Source: Eledone cirrhosa (lineage: Eukaryota). From it: a DNA stretch of 64,000 nt. The notes under the pieces are model-generated. The model ran no database searches. It had not been told where the DNA came from and saw only the letters and a list, made by a program, of their open reading frames with translations. The stretch is taken from contig OZ024740.1 in assembly GCA_964016885.1 (NCBI GenBank), positions 186,930,001-186,994,000 of the forward strand, read 5' to 3'. Position numbers and translations under genes: made by a program. This document shows positions 1 to 13,592 of this stretch, in pieces (position 1 is the first letter of the stretch; the number at the start of each line of letters is the position of its first letter).

Positions 1-319
1 TGAACAAATGCCTGACAGTAATGGCTCTAGATCTTTGCATTCTGAGTTCAAGACCTGCTAGTGTCAATTTGGCCTTTTACCCGCCCAGGGTTGGTAAATT
101 CAAGTACTGGGGAGTCAATTATTCTCCCTTTCTCCACTTAGTTTCACAGAATTGAGAATAGTATACAGTGATAAGATTCATGGGAGACCACTCCCAATGT
201 TCCTTTCCTCTTTCCTGATGAAGGACTAATGTCCAATACATAGAAGCATTCTTTTTTTCTTTTCCCAGAAGTGTAAAACTAATAAGCCTTTGTGTAATTG
301 TTTTCTGCATTTGTCATTT

Positions 320-353
<34 letters not shown>

Positions 354-2044
354 AGTGGGTGTGTATGTGGGTGTGTGTATACATAGGATGCAGCAGAAAA
401 ACTTCCCGCACTTTACATGATCAACTGTTAAAATGTGAGAGGTATTTTTGCTGCACCCTGTATATGTGTGAGCATGAGTGGGTGTATGTATGTGTATCCT
501 TTCTTTTAAGATGATAGGGTGCTATCTGATGAAGATTTAGCTGCCATTTCTAGCAGGTCATATGACCATATTGAGTTTGCCCAAATTAGCTCACATTTGA
601 TGGATTTGAATCAGCAGATGGCACCATTTCCTGTGAGATGACTGCAAGAAGAATTATTCACTTAGAATAAACAACTTTATCAATCTTGAGAAAATCTATT
701 TATAAATTTGCTAAGGCAAGATTAGTAATTCTTTAGTTTAATTAAAATTTCTGCATGCTAGCGATTACAGAAGATATAAGGAAACAAAAGCAGGAAATCA
801 GTTCTGGGAAAGAAGTGTGAAGAATTTTATATTTTTTTAATTTTTCATTATTTCTATTTTTGTTTTTCATGACAGTTAATGAAAGAAATATGAATCAACA
901 CACAACCTGCTAGGAATAGCAGCTAAATTTTCTCAAATTATATTCATTGTAACATACAAGTGTTTTAAGGCCATTTTACCCGATTAAACAGGGTTTAGAA
1001 TTGTGGGAGGCATGGCAGGTTCCATACACATCATGAGGCAGTTTTTGAGACAATTTTTACAGCTAGATGCCCTTTTTGGTGCTAACCCTTTTAGTCACCT
1101 TCTACATCACACAGGTACCTATTCTAAATCAGATACACATAGTATATGTAAAAATATTTAATACACCATTAAGTATCACAAAATGCAATGTATATGGCAG
1201 GTTGTTTTCAATGATATGTTGTATGTATGTGTTACACACATATATAATTATACCTACTACTTATAATATAGAACTGTTTTCTATAATTCAGTATAATTTT
1301 TTATCTAAACAGTGATGGTCATCTCCCCTGTTAAATAACATGGCTAATACTATATCTAATAAACACTGACAACCATTTTAAAACATTAAAAGAAAAGACA
1401 TATATAATGCAGTCCAAGACACCCCTGACAAGATAAGTTATGACCTCAGAAGTGATACAACTAAAGAACATATTAATAAAAAAGACCACTTTAAAGAGTG
1501 CATTTCTAGTAATATACAAAAAAGTATATTAATAGAAATCCCATACATTATAAAATAAGTAATGCGGGTTGGGGTCTCAATATGTAAACTAGATGACTAA
1601 TTCTCGTTTTTAAAAAAAATCAATGGAGACAACCTAGAAAAATTACAAATTTTCCACCCCAACCCTCTTCCTACATATTCCTTCACACTTATTCCAACTC
1701 CCTCGCTTACCCCCCCCCCCCACTTATTTCCCCACACACACTTATTCCAACCCCCTATTATTTGGGATCTGTGAGTAGTCCTAGATTCCTTATTAATATA
1801 TACAACAAAAATATGTCTAACCCATGCCAGCATGGAAAGTGGATGTAAAATTATGGCAATGCTGTTGAATGCATCATAGCTGGAATGCCTTTAGTCATAG
1901 TTGTAATCAATCAAGGCTGACCTGAGGTTAAATTTGAACAACTAGTGAGATACATAGGATCAATTAGTTGATTTCTGTGAGTAGAATTAGCCAATAATGG
2001 CTTATCAGTATTATTGTTTTCAGTGTGTTGAAGAATTTATTAAT

Positions 2045-2285
2045 TAACCCTTTCGGCACTATATTTTATGTGTTTCAATTAATTCTGAATATAATAACAA
2101 ATTTTGGAGGACTTAGTAAAATAACTAACTTTCTCATTATGAAGTTAGTGTTTAGAACATAACAAAAGATCCTAACATAAACTTATAAAGGAAGGTTTTC
2201 ATTTAAATATGATTTTTTAAAAAACAGTTTCTTTTTATCATAAAATCAAGGGCAGTTTCAAGCAGTTTGTTATTAAAAGGGTTAA
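2045..2285. mobile_element. piggyBac-like MITE
   Basis: TTAA-CCCTTT...AAAGGG-TTAA termini. A related copy lies at 50233-50492. Confidence 0.65.
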
Positions 2286-3193
2286 TCATGATTATTTATG
2301 TTTATGCTCAAAACATTAAGCATAGCATGTGAAATAACTTCATTTAGGAATTGAACTTTGGTTAGAGGTGCAGCAATAAAGAATATATGGAAGAAAGTTT
2401 TCATTGGAACCCCAATGCCATAACAGATTAATAGACATTAAATTTACAATTTTTGAAAGCCAATGACAACAATAACTTGGGGTTGAAGGTTCCTTTCTCC
2501 CTCTCTCCTCACTGAACATATCCTAAAATTGAATTAGTAATATTTCAACAGAAGAAACAAACCACACAGAATACTGGGGAATCAGCAAAAATCTAGACTT
2601 AAAATATATATTGTGATATTCTTGTTTAACTGAGTGTTGCTATCACGTTAGAAGAATTCAACCAGAACACACTTTAGATTGTGTCGAAATAAAATAAATT
2701 AGAAATATTCAGTTGAATACAGCTAAACTGGTAGACAGCAACAAAAAAAAAATGAATAATAACAAATAAAAATAATACCTAACCAAAATAAAACCATTAA
2801 GAGATTACAACAAAATCTATATTCCCTATCCTCTATATCTCCTATTCTCTCTCACACATACATATATGTGTGTGCATGTGTATATATATATATATGTACA
2901 TATGCATATAAGCATATTAACACATCCATTTATGAACACATCAACACAAACACATATACACACACACATGGTGTGTACATGTGTGTGGGTGGGGGGTGGG
3001 GGCTTGCGTACAGAAATATATATATGCTGTTATTATACATACCTATACAGATACACTCACACACATATTATATATACACACACATATATATATCACAAAT
3101 AGAGACATGCATACAAACATGTTGTGACACATGAAAAGGAGAGTAACAACAAAAGAAAGATACAGACAGAAGGTTGGAAAAAGATAGATACAT

Positions 3194-3251
<58 letters not shown>

Positions 3252-3318
3252 AAGAGTGATGTTATATCTGATCTATGATAGATTGTGTTAGCAACAATAT
3301 ATATCTTCTTCTTTTTAA

Positions 3319-3375
3319 TCACATTAGGTAAGGTCCAGTCTCTGAAACAATTGGCCCCCGTAGGTAGAAAGTGAG
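3319..3375 (-). CDS. Candidate terminal coding exon
   Basis: Long T-rich tract ending ttccttcaatttatctag, followed by a GC-richer island reading LTFYLRGPIVSETGPYLM* in phase 0. Confidence 0.35.
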   Translation of the reverse strand, partial: LTFYLRGPIVSETGPYLM

Positions 3376-3539
3376 CTAGATAAATTGAAGGAAAATAAAA
3401 AAATAGAAATAATAAATAAATAAATATAAATAAACAAAAAGTTTCCCCACCAAAAAAAGTAGCAATTAAATGAAATTTCAGATTGCTTTTTCCTGAAATT
3501 GGGGAATAAACATAGAGGAAAGCAATTCCAGAATTGAAC

Positions 3540-4280
3540 GATATGGAGAAGGAAGATTGATGACACTGTGTGATTGATACAGAATAAAAAAAATGGTTAG
3601 ACAGAGAAGGTGCTATGTAAAGGATTAGATAGATGATTCCTCAATGAGATAGAAGAAGAAAATTATGGTTGGTTCCAGTACTGTCTACAATAGATCCCCT
3701 GAGAATGTGAGATAGATGAGGTGGGGTGGGTAAATAAGAGTGAGAGTATATGTGTGAGCGATAGATAGATGGACAGAGATAGAGAAAAGGAGTGAAATTA
3801 GAAGAGAATGAAGGGGAAAAGATGAAACAGAGAAAGAGAAGAAAGAATGGAAGAGATAAAGAATGTTGGAGAAAAAACATGTTTAAAAAAGTAGGGTGAA
3901 GAAGAGAAGAAGTGAGCTAAAGGGAGAGAAATAAAAAAAAATAGATAGAGAAAGTTGGAAAACACATTGAGAAAGAACAAGCAGGAACAAGAAAGGGTGA
4001 AGAAAAGAGGCAGTGAGGTAAAGAGAGACTTAGAAAGCAGAAAGGAGAGAGTGAGAGAGAGAAAAGGAATAGATAGAGAAGGTGAATAAAAGAAATTAAA
4101 AGGTAAAAAAAGACAAAGAAAACTAATGGGTGAGAACAAAAGTGAAAGAGAAGGCAGAAGGAAGTTGAGGGAATGAGTCAGAAAGAAAAATGAAGATAGA
4201 GAGAGAATACAGACATTCAAAGATATAGAGTGATGGAAGAGTAGAGAAAAATGATAGTGAGTAAATGAGAAAAAATACTG
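3540..4280. repeat. GA-rich low-complexity tract; pure (GA)n also at 3197-3247, 37360-37417 and 59740-59870
   Basis: Directly visible purine strand bias. Confidence 0.85.
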
Positions 4281-4559
4281 ATACACATACATATGTGAAG
4301 AGGAGGTAGCAAAATACTTTCACACTAGGTAATTCCATGTACAAACGTGGGTATATGTGAATGTTTGCATCCAAGTGGGTGAAAATACATTATCATCATC
4401 ACCATCATTATCTCCATTTTTATACCTTTTTTCCAGGTTGGCATTGGTTGGATGGGACTCCTTGAGGATATCTTTTATGGATGGATTGGCTTCCCCTAAC
4501 ACTTTTAGTCACTTCTTACCACACATATGTGTACCTATATATTTATATATATAATGGAA

Positions 4560-5470
4560 ACTCTCAGTTCTACACTGTAAACAGGGTTGGGTTGGCACTA
4601 GGAAGGACATTGAGCAGTCATAAAAACCCAGCTGAAAGGTGGCCCAGGATGAGCAAGGTATGACATGGCCAACTGGCTTGACTTGCCTCATAAGTGGGAC
4701 CACCCAGTCCCACACTGTATAAGTGGTTGGTGTTAGGATGGGTAGTATTCTAGCAGCTGTAAAAATCCAGCCAAAATGTGGTCCCATATGTGCATAGTCT
4801 GGCGCAGCCAACTGGCAAGAAAGACCCACTCCTTAACAGGAACACACAGTTCCCCATTGTAAACATGGTTGTTGTTAGCAAGGACATATAGCAGTCATAA
4901 GAGCCCAGTCAAGGCAGGTCCCACATGAGCAAAATATGGCATGGCCAATTGGCCAGACTTGCCTCATACGGTTGACCACCTAGTCCCACACTGTAAATGT
5001 GGTTGGTGTTAGGAATGGCATCCAGCAGCCGTAAAAATCCTCAGCCAAAATACAGGCCCCATTTTGGGCAATGTTCAATGTGACCAACTGGCCAGACCCT
5101 CTCATAATGGGATTACCCAGTTCCACACTGTAAATGACCACTTTACAGTGTGGGCTGGAAGCTTCACAAGATATATGCTACAGCCTGTCCTCATGAGCGA
5201 TGTATGGGAGGGTGGGGATGGTGTATACTATATATATGTACACTTCAGCTTCACCCTTTGCCCATGAGAAGGTGATATATATATAAGTGGACATGTAAAA
5301 GACATGGCAAAAAGCACCCAGCACACACTGTCAAGGTGGTTGGTGTTAGAAAGGGCATTCAGTCATAGAAAACCAGCCAGGAACACTCCTATATGAGCGA
5401 GACACGGTCACCCAACTTGTCTCTAAATGGGACAAACCCGTCAAACCCATGCTGGCGTGGAAGATAGACA
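4560..5470 (+). repeat. Degenerate ~140-bp tandem repeat derived from an RTE 3'-UTR motif
   Basis: CACACTGTAAA..GTGGTTGGTGTTAGGAAGG recurs at ~4571, 4711, 4853, 4987, 5123 (partial) and 5324. Confidence 0.75.
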
Positions 5471-8284
5471 ATAATCGATGATGATAATAATATAGATATA
5501 ATAAAACAAAGTCATTCCTGATTTCGGTGCAATAGAAATAAGTAGCTACAATCAGATATCACTTAATATAAATATCACAACCATCACACCACTACTAACA
5601 CCAACATCCCCATTGTTGACATCATTGTCATCATGGTAATCATGAAGTTCAATTATCATTATCTACTTTTTTTTTTTAAATTAAATAGTTCTGTTTAATC
5701 TTTATACAACTAGAGTGTGTTTGAAATAAATAGAAAACAAAGAAATATAAAATAAATATATTTAGTCACACACAAATATATACTCTCACACACACACACA
5801 CACATACAAACAAAGACAAGTGTATCGAATTCTAAATGCTTTACTATTTAAACACCAGGTGCAAACATTTTATTTCATTATTAATATATTTTTTTCATCC
5901 TATTCTTTCCATCCTGGCAAGCTTTGAAGCATTTGGAAAATCTGAACATTTACTTGTATTTTTGAAGCATAAATTTAATATTCCAAATTAACACTTGTAA
6001 GAGAATTTTTTTATAAATTTATTTCCTTTTCGTATTTTACTTTACTTGGGACGGTTGACAATACTAATATTTTCATATTGCACAAGAAATGCATCTTGCA
6101 GTATATGTCCTGCTCGTATTTAGCAGAGCTGTTAGAGCATAGGAAAAAATACCTTGTAGTATTTGTATCAAAGCTCTGCACATTTTGTTCAAATCCCACT
6201 AGGGTCAAGTCTGCCTTTCACCTTTTTGACATCAAGAAAATAATGTACCATTTTAAATTATGTATTAGCAAAGTTAGTCCAACCCTTGCCAGCAGGGAAA
6301 GCAGATGTTAAAATAATGATTATGATGATGATTAAAGTTTTAAATAAGATGTCTTTCAGTATTTGTTCCAGCCTATTGTGTTCTAAATTCAGATCACACT
6401 GTTGTCTAAATGGGCAGGAAATTTAAGTCCGATGCTGGTTTAACACCGAAAACTTGCCTTGTGTGTGATTAGCAGAGTCCAAACTGATGCAATCACTCCA
6501 ATCATATTTCCAGTCTGAGGAACCCTTCCTCCCTTCCACCAGTTTTCAAGGCTCTGAAAAGTGTCCTGTGCACGGCTCTTCTCTCTATGACTAAACAACA
6601 ACAAAAAATATTAATGAAATCATTTATCCACCAGGCAGTAAATAGCTATAGATAGCTGGTTTTGTTATTGTTTAAGCCTATGTCTGACCTGCTCAAGCAG
6701 GCCTATGAACAAAGGTGTTCCAGCTGTGATAATCCAAACTCTTCCAGACATAGAGTACTCTAAACTACATTGGCTAATGTATTCTTCCTCATTCTAAGTG
6801 TTACATAGAAAATGGAAGTTACAAATCATTTAATTTCTGTTTGTGACTAGATTTCTAATGCATTCATTCACTTTTTGCTGTTATCTGCCCAATGCAAAGG
6901 AAAAGCCTCTCCAATTGGTCCTATTCTGCGCAGCTCCCAACCATGTAACATCCACCTCATTTTCTGTCTTCCTTGACTATGTAAACCTTTTCCTTTGATC
7001 TCCATCATGCATACAGCTTTGTCTATGTCACATGATCTATCTGCCTCTATCTTCTCTTCCACATATGTTTTATGATTTTCAATGCTTGACATTAATTATT
7101 TCGCAGCCTTACAATGACGTGAATCTTAATTATAGAATCAAAGTTTTAGCTTCAGTGAAAATTTCTTGCCTGACCAGATTTTATTACAACGGTTAAGTGT
7201 ACCAACTCAATAATATATATTAAAATTATGCATAAAATACCGAGCTATAATGTGTGCTATTTAGAAAGGAAGGAAAAACAGAAGTCACTGTTTTAGAACT
7301 ATCAAAGACTGCACATAACAAGTTCAGCTGAGATTAATTGACAAAGTACTTGTATTTAATTTCATACTATAATCAGTACAAAAGTGTCAGGGAATGGTGG
7401 CAAGCTGCCAACAAACTGTGTTTGCAGTATAGTTCTGGTCTCTGATTGAGATGTTTCACTTATGATGCTTATCTATAATTTCTGAGCATAGTCAATGGCC
7501 TGAAAAAAGGGAATGGACAGTGATAGACAGACACAGACATATAGACAGTCTCACTTTCAACACACTAGATGAAAATAAAGTCTTTTAGAAAAGACCCAGC
7601 AATCCATTAAGGTATTATTAGACTATAATCAATACAAAACTATATTATGGAAGTTATGTATTTTGGTAGCAGAGTGTGTGTATGGTTTATTGATCACATA
7701 AGACAGCTGTATTTGAACACTTTTTGTTTGTGTTTCCTATTGTGACTACAATAGGCAAGACTGCAACAATAATGTCTCCCCACAACCTGTCTGTGTTGGA
7801 ATCTACAGTATTTGATTCAGATTGACACCAATAAAGAACTGAGTAATAATGGTCTAACGAAATAACTTTTATGTCATCATTTAATCTGCTAGTCAAATCT
7901 TTCTCAAATTAAGTTTTATTGTCATAAAATGATTAGGATGCTTTTCATATGATTGTAGTGTTGTTGGTTTGATTTCTGCATTATGTTCTTGAGCAAAACA
8001 CTTTATTTTTCATTGCTCCAGTACACTCAGCTGAGTTGGGTACCAACTGGAAAGTTAAATCTGGGATAGACCAGCATCCTGTCCATTGAGAGCCATGTGT
8101 TCTCAATCACTTAACACTAAGGAAACCAGGGATAAGTCTTTGGCTTAAAACAGGCTTAAATACATTAGATAATGTAGTCCTATATATACAAAAAGAAGAG
8201 ATGTTATGACTGGAATGCTTTTGACTATAGATCTGTTTAATCAGGGCTAACTTAAGACTAAATTTCTACTACTCCAAACCAATT

Positions 8285-8640
8285 CAGGACCTTCTCACTC
8301 TTGTTGGAAGAACCGCTCTTTGGTTCACCTCCACAGCTTTCTGTTTGGTTTTGGTCATGTCAGGAGTGTAGCCATTTTCGCCACACTTGGTTAATTGCAG
8401 GTTGGTGAGGCTATTTAAACTAGGTGGGGTGGATGGTCATTGATTCTGAGGAGTTCATCCACCCTTTTAACAGCTTTTGCTTTTTGTGCTGCTAGGGTTC
8501 CACTTACCCTCCTTACCAGAACAAGGTCTGATGAGATAGCTAGTTTAGCTATTGACCAGGAAGCAGGTTGTATTGGGTTGTATGGTACTAGTAGCAAGCA
8601 GAAGCCTGACCTGACATTACTTCTACTACTGCTTGCTTGT
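8285..8640. repeat. Dispersed repeat with a second copy at 16345-16520, probably a LINE 5' region
   Basis: CTCCACA.CTTTCTGTTT.GTTTTGGTCATGTCAG...GGGGTGGATGG...CTGAGGAGTTCATC is shared between the two loci. Confidence 0.6.
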
Positions 8641-9292
8641 ATGTCAATTTTCCCATGTCCACCTGATCTCAGTTACAAGGTTCTCTTGGAATAGCTCAGA
8701 TATTACATTCTTGACAAGTGATACCAGTTATAGAATTTGTTTACATTCCTTATTTCTATTAAAGTTGTTTTACTTCTTCTTTTTAAAATAAAATAGCCAT
8801 TATACTAAGTGATTTCTAAATAAAACTTTGCAAAATTACATCTATTAGTTAAACTTTCAATACCCAGTAAATATTGTTTCTTTTTTTCTTCTTCAATATA
8901 AAAGTTTCTTTTATAAAATAAAATATCTAAATATTATTTATGTAAGTTTTGTCATTAACAAACAACTGAACAAAGCTTATTAAGTATATTAATAGTGAAT
9001 GTGAGTGAGAATGTCATAAAAATATCCACCCACCATTAATGACAATAACAGCCAAACAACTGATAGCATTTTAATTCTAATAAAAAAGAAAAAAGAAAAA
9101 TATCTAATAACATCATTTCACTTCCATAACTGCTATCAATATTAATATTCAGGGATTCTTTTGAAAATATAATGGTGATTTTGCATGTTGTTATTTCTTT
9201 TAGTCATTATTCTAAAATGATTTCAAAAAATGAAAATAAATTCTTTTGAGGTGCAAATTTTCTCAAAATAGAAAAAAAATGCTTAAATTTAC

Positions 9293-9401
9293 CTCAACGT
9301 TCGTTTTATAAAGAACTTTGATCATGGTCTTATGATGCTGCTGTTGCTGTTGTTGCTTTTGTTTTTGTGGTAGGAGGTGATGATGTTTATTTGCTTTTGC
9401 A
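9293..9401 (-). CDS. Candidate exon, His/Gln-rich
   Basis: Polypyrimidine tract then tag acceptor, and a GAG|gtaaa donor. Only one open frame: AKANKHHHLLPQKQKQQQQQQHHKTMIKVLYKTNVE. Confidence 0.35.
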
Positions 9402-11785
9402 CTACCATTGCAAAATAAGGAAGAAAGAAAGAAAACAGTTATTCGTTGAAAAACTAAATTTTCATTTTATTATTGAAGAATAATGACTTTTAGACGAGGG
9501 AAAATTGATATCCTGCATTAAGTCAAAATAACAGAAGAAATAAATGCATACAATGACAAGGCACATGAGACTGAATAAATGGATACTTCATTTGCAATGT
9601 TTGAGAAAAACATTGAATCCTTCAGCAAAGCAATTTCCACAAAAGAAAAAATAATTGTAACCTTATACTGCTTTATTCCTTCAGTTATATCATACACTTA
9701 CTTCACGTTCTTTCCTCAACCAATGTGTGATTGTCTATCAGTGAGTTATATTAGTTATTATAAGAATATTTCCAGCAGACTAATCTATAATCTATAGAGA
9801 ACTTTGTCATGGTTTACATCATTCGGTCTCAAATGTAAGACAAGAGAAGCATATTAACAGTTTTGGTTTTACCATATTACACAGAGTAAGTCCTTCAAAT
9901 ACGTTTTGCAGCACCAAACTTTCACATAGGTTCAATGCTTTCTATTGTACAGGGAAAGAAAATAAGCTTGTTTAAATGTTTTGCTTTCTCATTGGCCTAA
10001 ACTATTTTATTGCATTTGCTATATTTGTTCCTGAAGTTTCAAGAATTGACAATTATATCTCCAATGATGGTAAATATTTTTGAAAGATTATGAATTTCCC
10101 TCTGCGTGATTTGTTTACATAAATGATTTTCTTCCTCCCAGCTATGTTATAACTATTTGTATGTTCAAGGTTTTTATGCATTTATGAATAAAATGGATGC
10201 TGACAATTCATATTAAATGAGATCTTCTGTGTAACTTTAAAGAAAATTAACATTACTTATAGAGATAGACTCAGCAGGATTTGAATTCATAGCCATCAAT
10301 CAGAGAGCTATGTACCATAAATAATTTACTTTAAATCTATATCTTCTACACCAATTTGTCTGCTCTTCTCTATATCTATTTCTATTATATCCCCGACAGC
10401 TATTTCAGTCAAATTGTTTCGATGAATTTTCCTTATAGTCATAAAATTCTCACTGATATTCCTCATAGTTAAAATGGCTGAATGTACCGTCTTTCCTTTA
10501 CAATAGAATAAGTTCAAAATTATGTAGAGAAGATTTATAACAACGTTTTTTTATCTAATTTTAACTGTTTAATTGGAAAGGGTAGAGCAGATCCTATGAC
10601 CCATTTCAAGGCCACCAATATAATTTTCATGAGGGTGGGAAGGAGAAAAGTATTTTTAAAAGAGAGACGCATGCCTGAATGCTTACAACAAATAGGACTC
10701 CACTAAAATCACTCAAATGTTAAATTCTGAAGCAGAATTCGAACTCAGAACACCAAGAGTTAAAAGAAATACTTCAAGGAGTCTCATCCAATACTCCAAC
10801 AATCACCCTAATTCACTGTTTCTTACTAATACCTTATTTTATTGGTATAATTGGTGTTTGGAATATAATTTAACAAAAAGTTCTGAAATGAAATTATAAT
10901 TGGGATGGCGATTAATTTAAATATGGGCACTTTAAAACAGGCAGATTTGTATAATAGAACTAAAGCTGAATTTCTATTAGTTTTCTGATATTATCACCTT
11001 CCTTACAAATCTAAAGATAATATATTGCAGAGAATTATGTTTAAATACATCTAAAAAATAATAAGTCTCTAGTTTCAAAATGAATGAATGAATTATTGCT
11101 CTTAAATAACTTATAAGGTCACACTCTTCCAACCTTTTTAAGTGGAGGATATAAAAGAAATATTACCCTTGAATATAGAAAGAGACAAATGTGTCACATC
11201 ACATATGTTATTGATGAATGATAATGATGCCTTGTAAGTGAAATTAGTAGACAGAAATTATATGAAGACTGTTATGTATGTGTGTATATGTGTATGTGTG
11301 TATGAGTGTGTGTGTGTTTGTATGTGTGCATATGTGTATGTGTATTTTTTCTCTGTGTCTGTCTCTCTTTGTATTTGACATTACTAGTTCAGTCAGTGGC
11401 CATTTTTAGGTCCTCTATTAACAGAAGTTTCAAGAGTCACAGGTGTAGATATGCATAGGACCATGCCTTACTATAAAGACTAAGCAAGTGACAGTTGGCA
11501 TCAAACCAGGCATCAGACCATTGAATCCTGTTTCAAACCATCTCATACAAACCATGCCTGCATTAAAAAAAAAGAATTAAAATTATGTTAATGATGATGG
11601 CGATGATGAAGGTGATGAGATGATGAAGCTATCTTTTCCAAAATCTTTGGAGTGAATCTTCCATTTTTTGTATTAGTTTATTTATCTATTTCACTCCTTA
11701 AGGGTGAATGTGGTGAGTGTGGGGGGGGGGGGGGGGATGTCAGTCAACTGTGACTATCTTTGCAATTTCAAAACTGAAACTCATT

Positions 11786-12012
11786 TTAACCTTTTCGCAT
11801 TTAAACCAGCCATATCCCGCCAGAATTATCTCACCTCTTTCTGTTCTAACCGACTGTAACCTGCCACTCATAACAATGTTAAGGTATTGTTCTCAAAATA
11901 AATAATATCAAAATCTCATAGCTTCGATATTATATGAGATAATTATGTGATATAAAGTGTTTACCATGAAGATACAATAGTAAATATAGAATAATGTAAA
12001 TGCTAAAGGGTA
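11786..12012. mobile_element. piggyBac-like MITE, with an inverted copy at 48259-48450
   Basis: TTAACCTTTTCGCATTTA...TAAATGCTAAAGGGTA. The internal sequence matches the reverse complement of 48259-48450. Confidence 0.7.
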
Positions 12013-12088
12013 TGTTCACATCATAAAGTAAATCAAAGAAGAATTTTCAACTTGGGTCAATGGTATATCAAACTAGAAATAATATAAT

Positions 12089-12277
12089 TGTTTCTACTTT
12101 AGGCACAAGGCCAGCAATTACCCAGTACATTACTGGTACTTTATTTTATCGACCCCGTAAGGATGAAAGGCAAAGTTAACCTCGGCGGGATTTGAACTCA
12201 GAATGGCAAGGGCCGTAACTCTATGCGTCAAAGCATGGCGTCCGATCCTCTACCGATACTGCCAATCCACCAGCCTT
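12089..12277 (-). mobile_element. tRNA-derived SINE with 16-bp TSD
   Basis: B-box GAGTTCAAATCC on the minus strand. TSD CTAGAAATAATATAAT at 12073-12088 and 12278-12293. Confidence 0.85.
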
Positions 12278-13592
12278 CTAGAAATAATATAATACAACAT
12301 TTTACTGGTTTGACCATTCACATGTCTTCATTTCATTTGATCAATAACCTCCCTTTATTATTTTGATTTATGTTAACATACAGCATTTTTCTTTTCTACC
12401 TCTTGATAACAACATTGTTTTACCCTCAACATCATACATAATCTTTTGTCAGAAACCGAATTCATTCCATGATTGTATATCCTTACCTAAATTCCATTAT
12501 ACAACAATTGAAATATCAACATTAATGATCATTCTTTTGCTTTATTCTTCTATTGTTATTACGAACAATAAGAAGACAGAAGACATTGATTCTTATTTTA
12601 CCTCATAAGATGCTGCCAATACGAAGTAAGATTTGGAATGTGAAACAAGTTGGCAAAGGATAATTCACGTTTGCCTTATTATATTAAAAAGGAAGATCTG
12701 TCAGTTCATTAATCAAAGCCAAAAGTAGATCTATGAAGAGGAAGTTAGGTAAACAATCCTTTCTGATAAGAAATTTTTATTTATATTATTTATACTTCAT
12801 TCTAATTACAAGTGATATTGTAGATTTGGTAAACATAAAAAAAAAAGAAACTTTACAAATACATTTTCTTGATGAATTTGACAAGTATAAGTTTACTTCT
12901 TATCGACTTCTGTAGGCAAAGTACTAGTCTAATTTGTTATAGTATTCAGGTTCATTACATAATTAGTTCTTATCTTATTGATATTTCTTAAATCTGAGAG
13001 ATGAAAGACAAAATCAGCACATCAAAGTTTGAAATCGAAATAGTGAGGTGCTAAGCTATATAATGCTATACTATATACAGTAAAACATACAAGCTCTTGT
13101 CTTATTGTAGCTACTACATTTTTTATGAATCTGTTGAATACTTAACATTTCTCTCAACTATTTAACAGCATATCAGAAGTCCTACATTTCTAAGTCTTAA
13201 CCCTTTCATTACCATATTTCTATGTTTACTTAGAAGTATAAAGGCAAACGTTTTCAAAAGGAGACTATTTTAGTTTGAAACCTGAAAACTTTTACAGGGC
13301 ACAACTGAAATTTAAAGGAGAAGGTTATGGAGGTTTGAACTCTGAGATTTTATAGAAAGTAAATGAAAGAGGTTACTAGCCTTGTTTTTAACATGAAAGT
13401 AATGGTAAATAAGGATTTCATCTACCAACAACTAATTGGTGTTTGATGACAGTGGGCAGAAAACTATAACTAACTTTAAATTGAATCAAATAAATAGACA
13501 GCCTAATACAACAACTCTATGTGATTGCATGACCTACTAGAAATAGCGAAAAAATGATGTTCAATTGCTGTAAAAATAGGAAGGGTGCATTA

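Noticed and set aside
8521-8570. CTGATGA followed by hairpin GATAGCTA/TAGCTATT
   Set aside because: It is followed by GACC rather than GAAA, and GACC pairs with upstream GGTC. No stem III/UH/stem I arrangement was found.
12180-12277. tRNA-like A/B boxes
   Set aside because: These are SINE heads: multicopy, TSD-flanked and without a cloverleaf.
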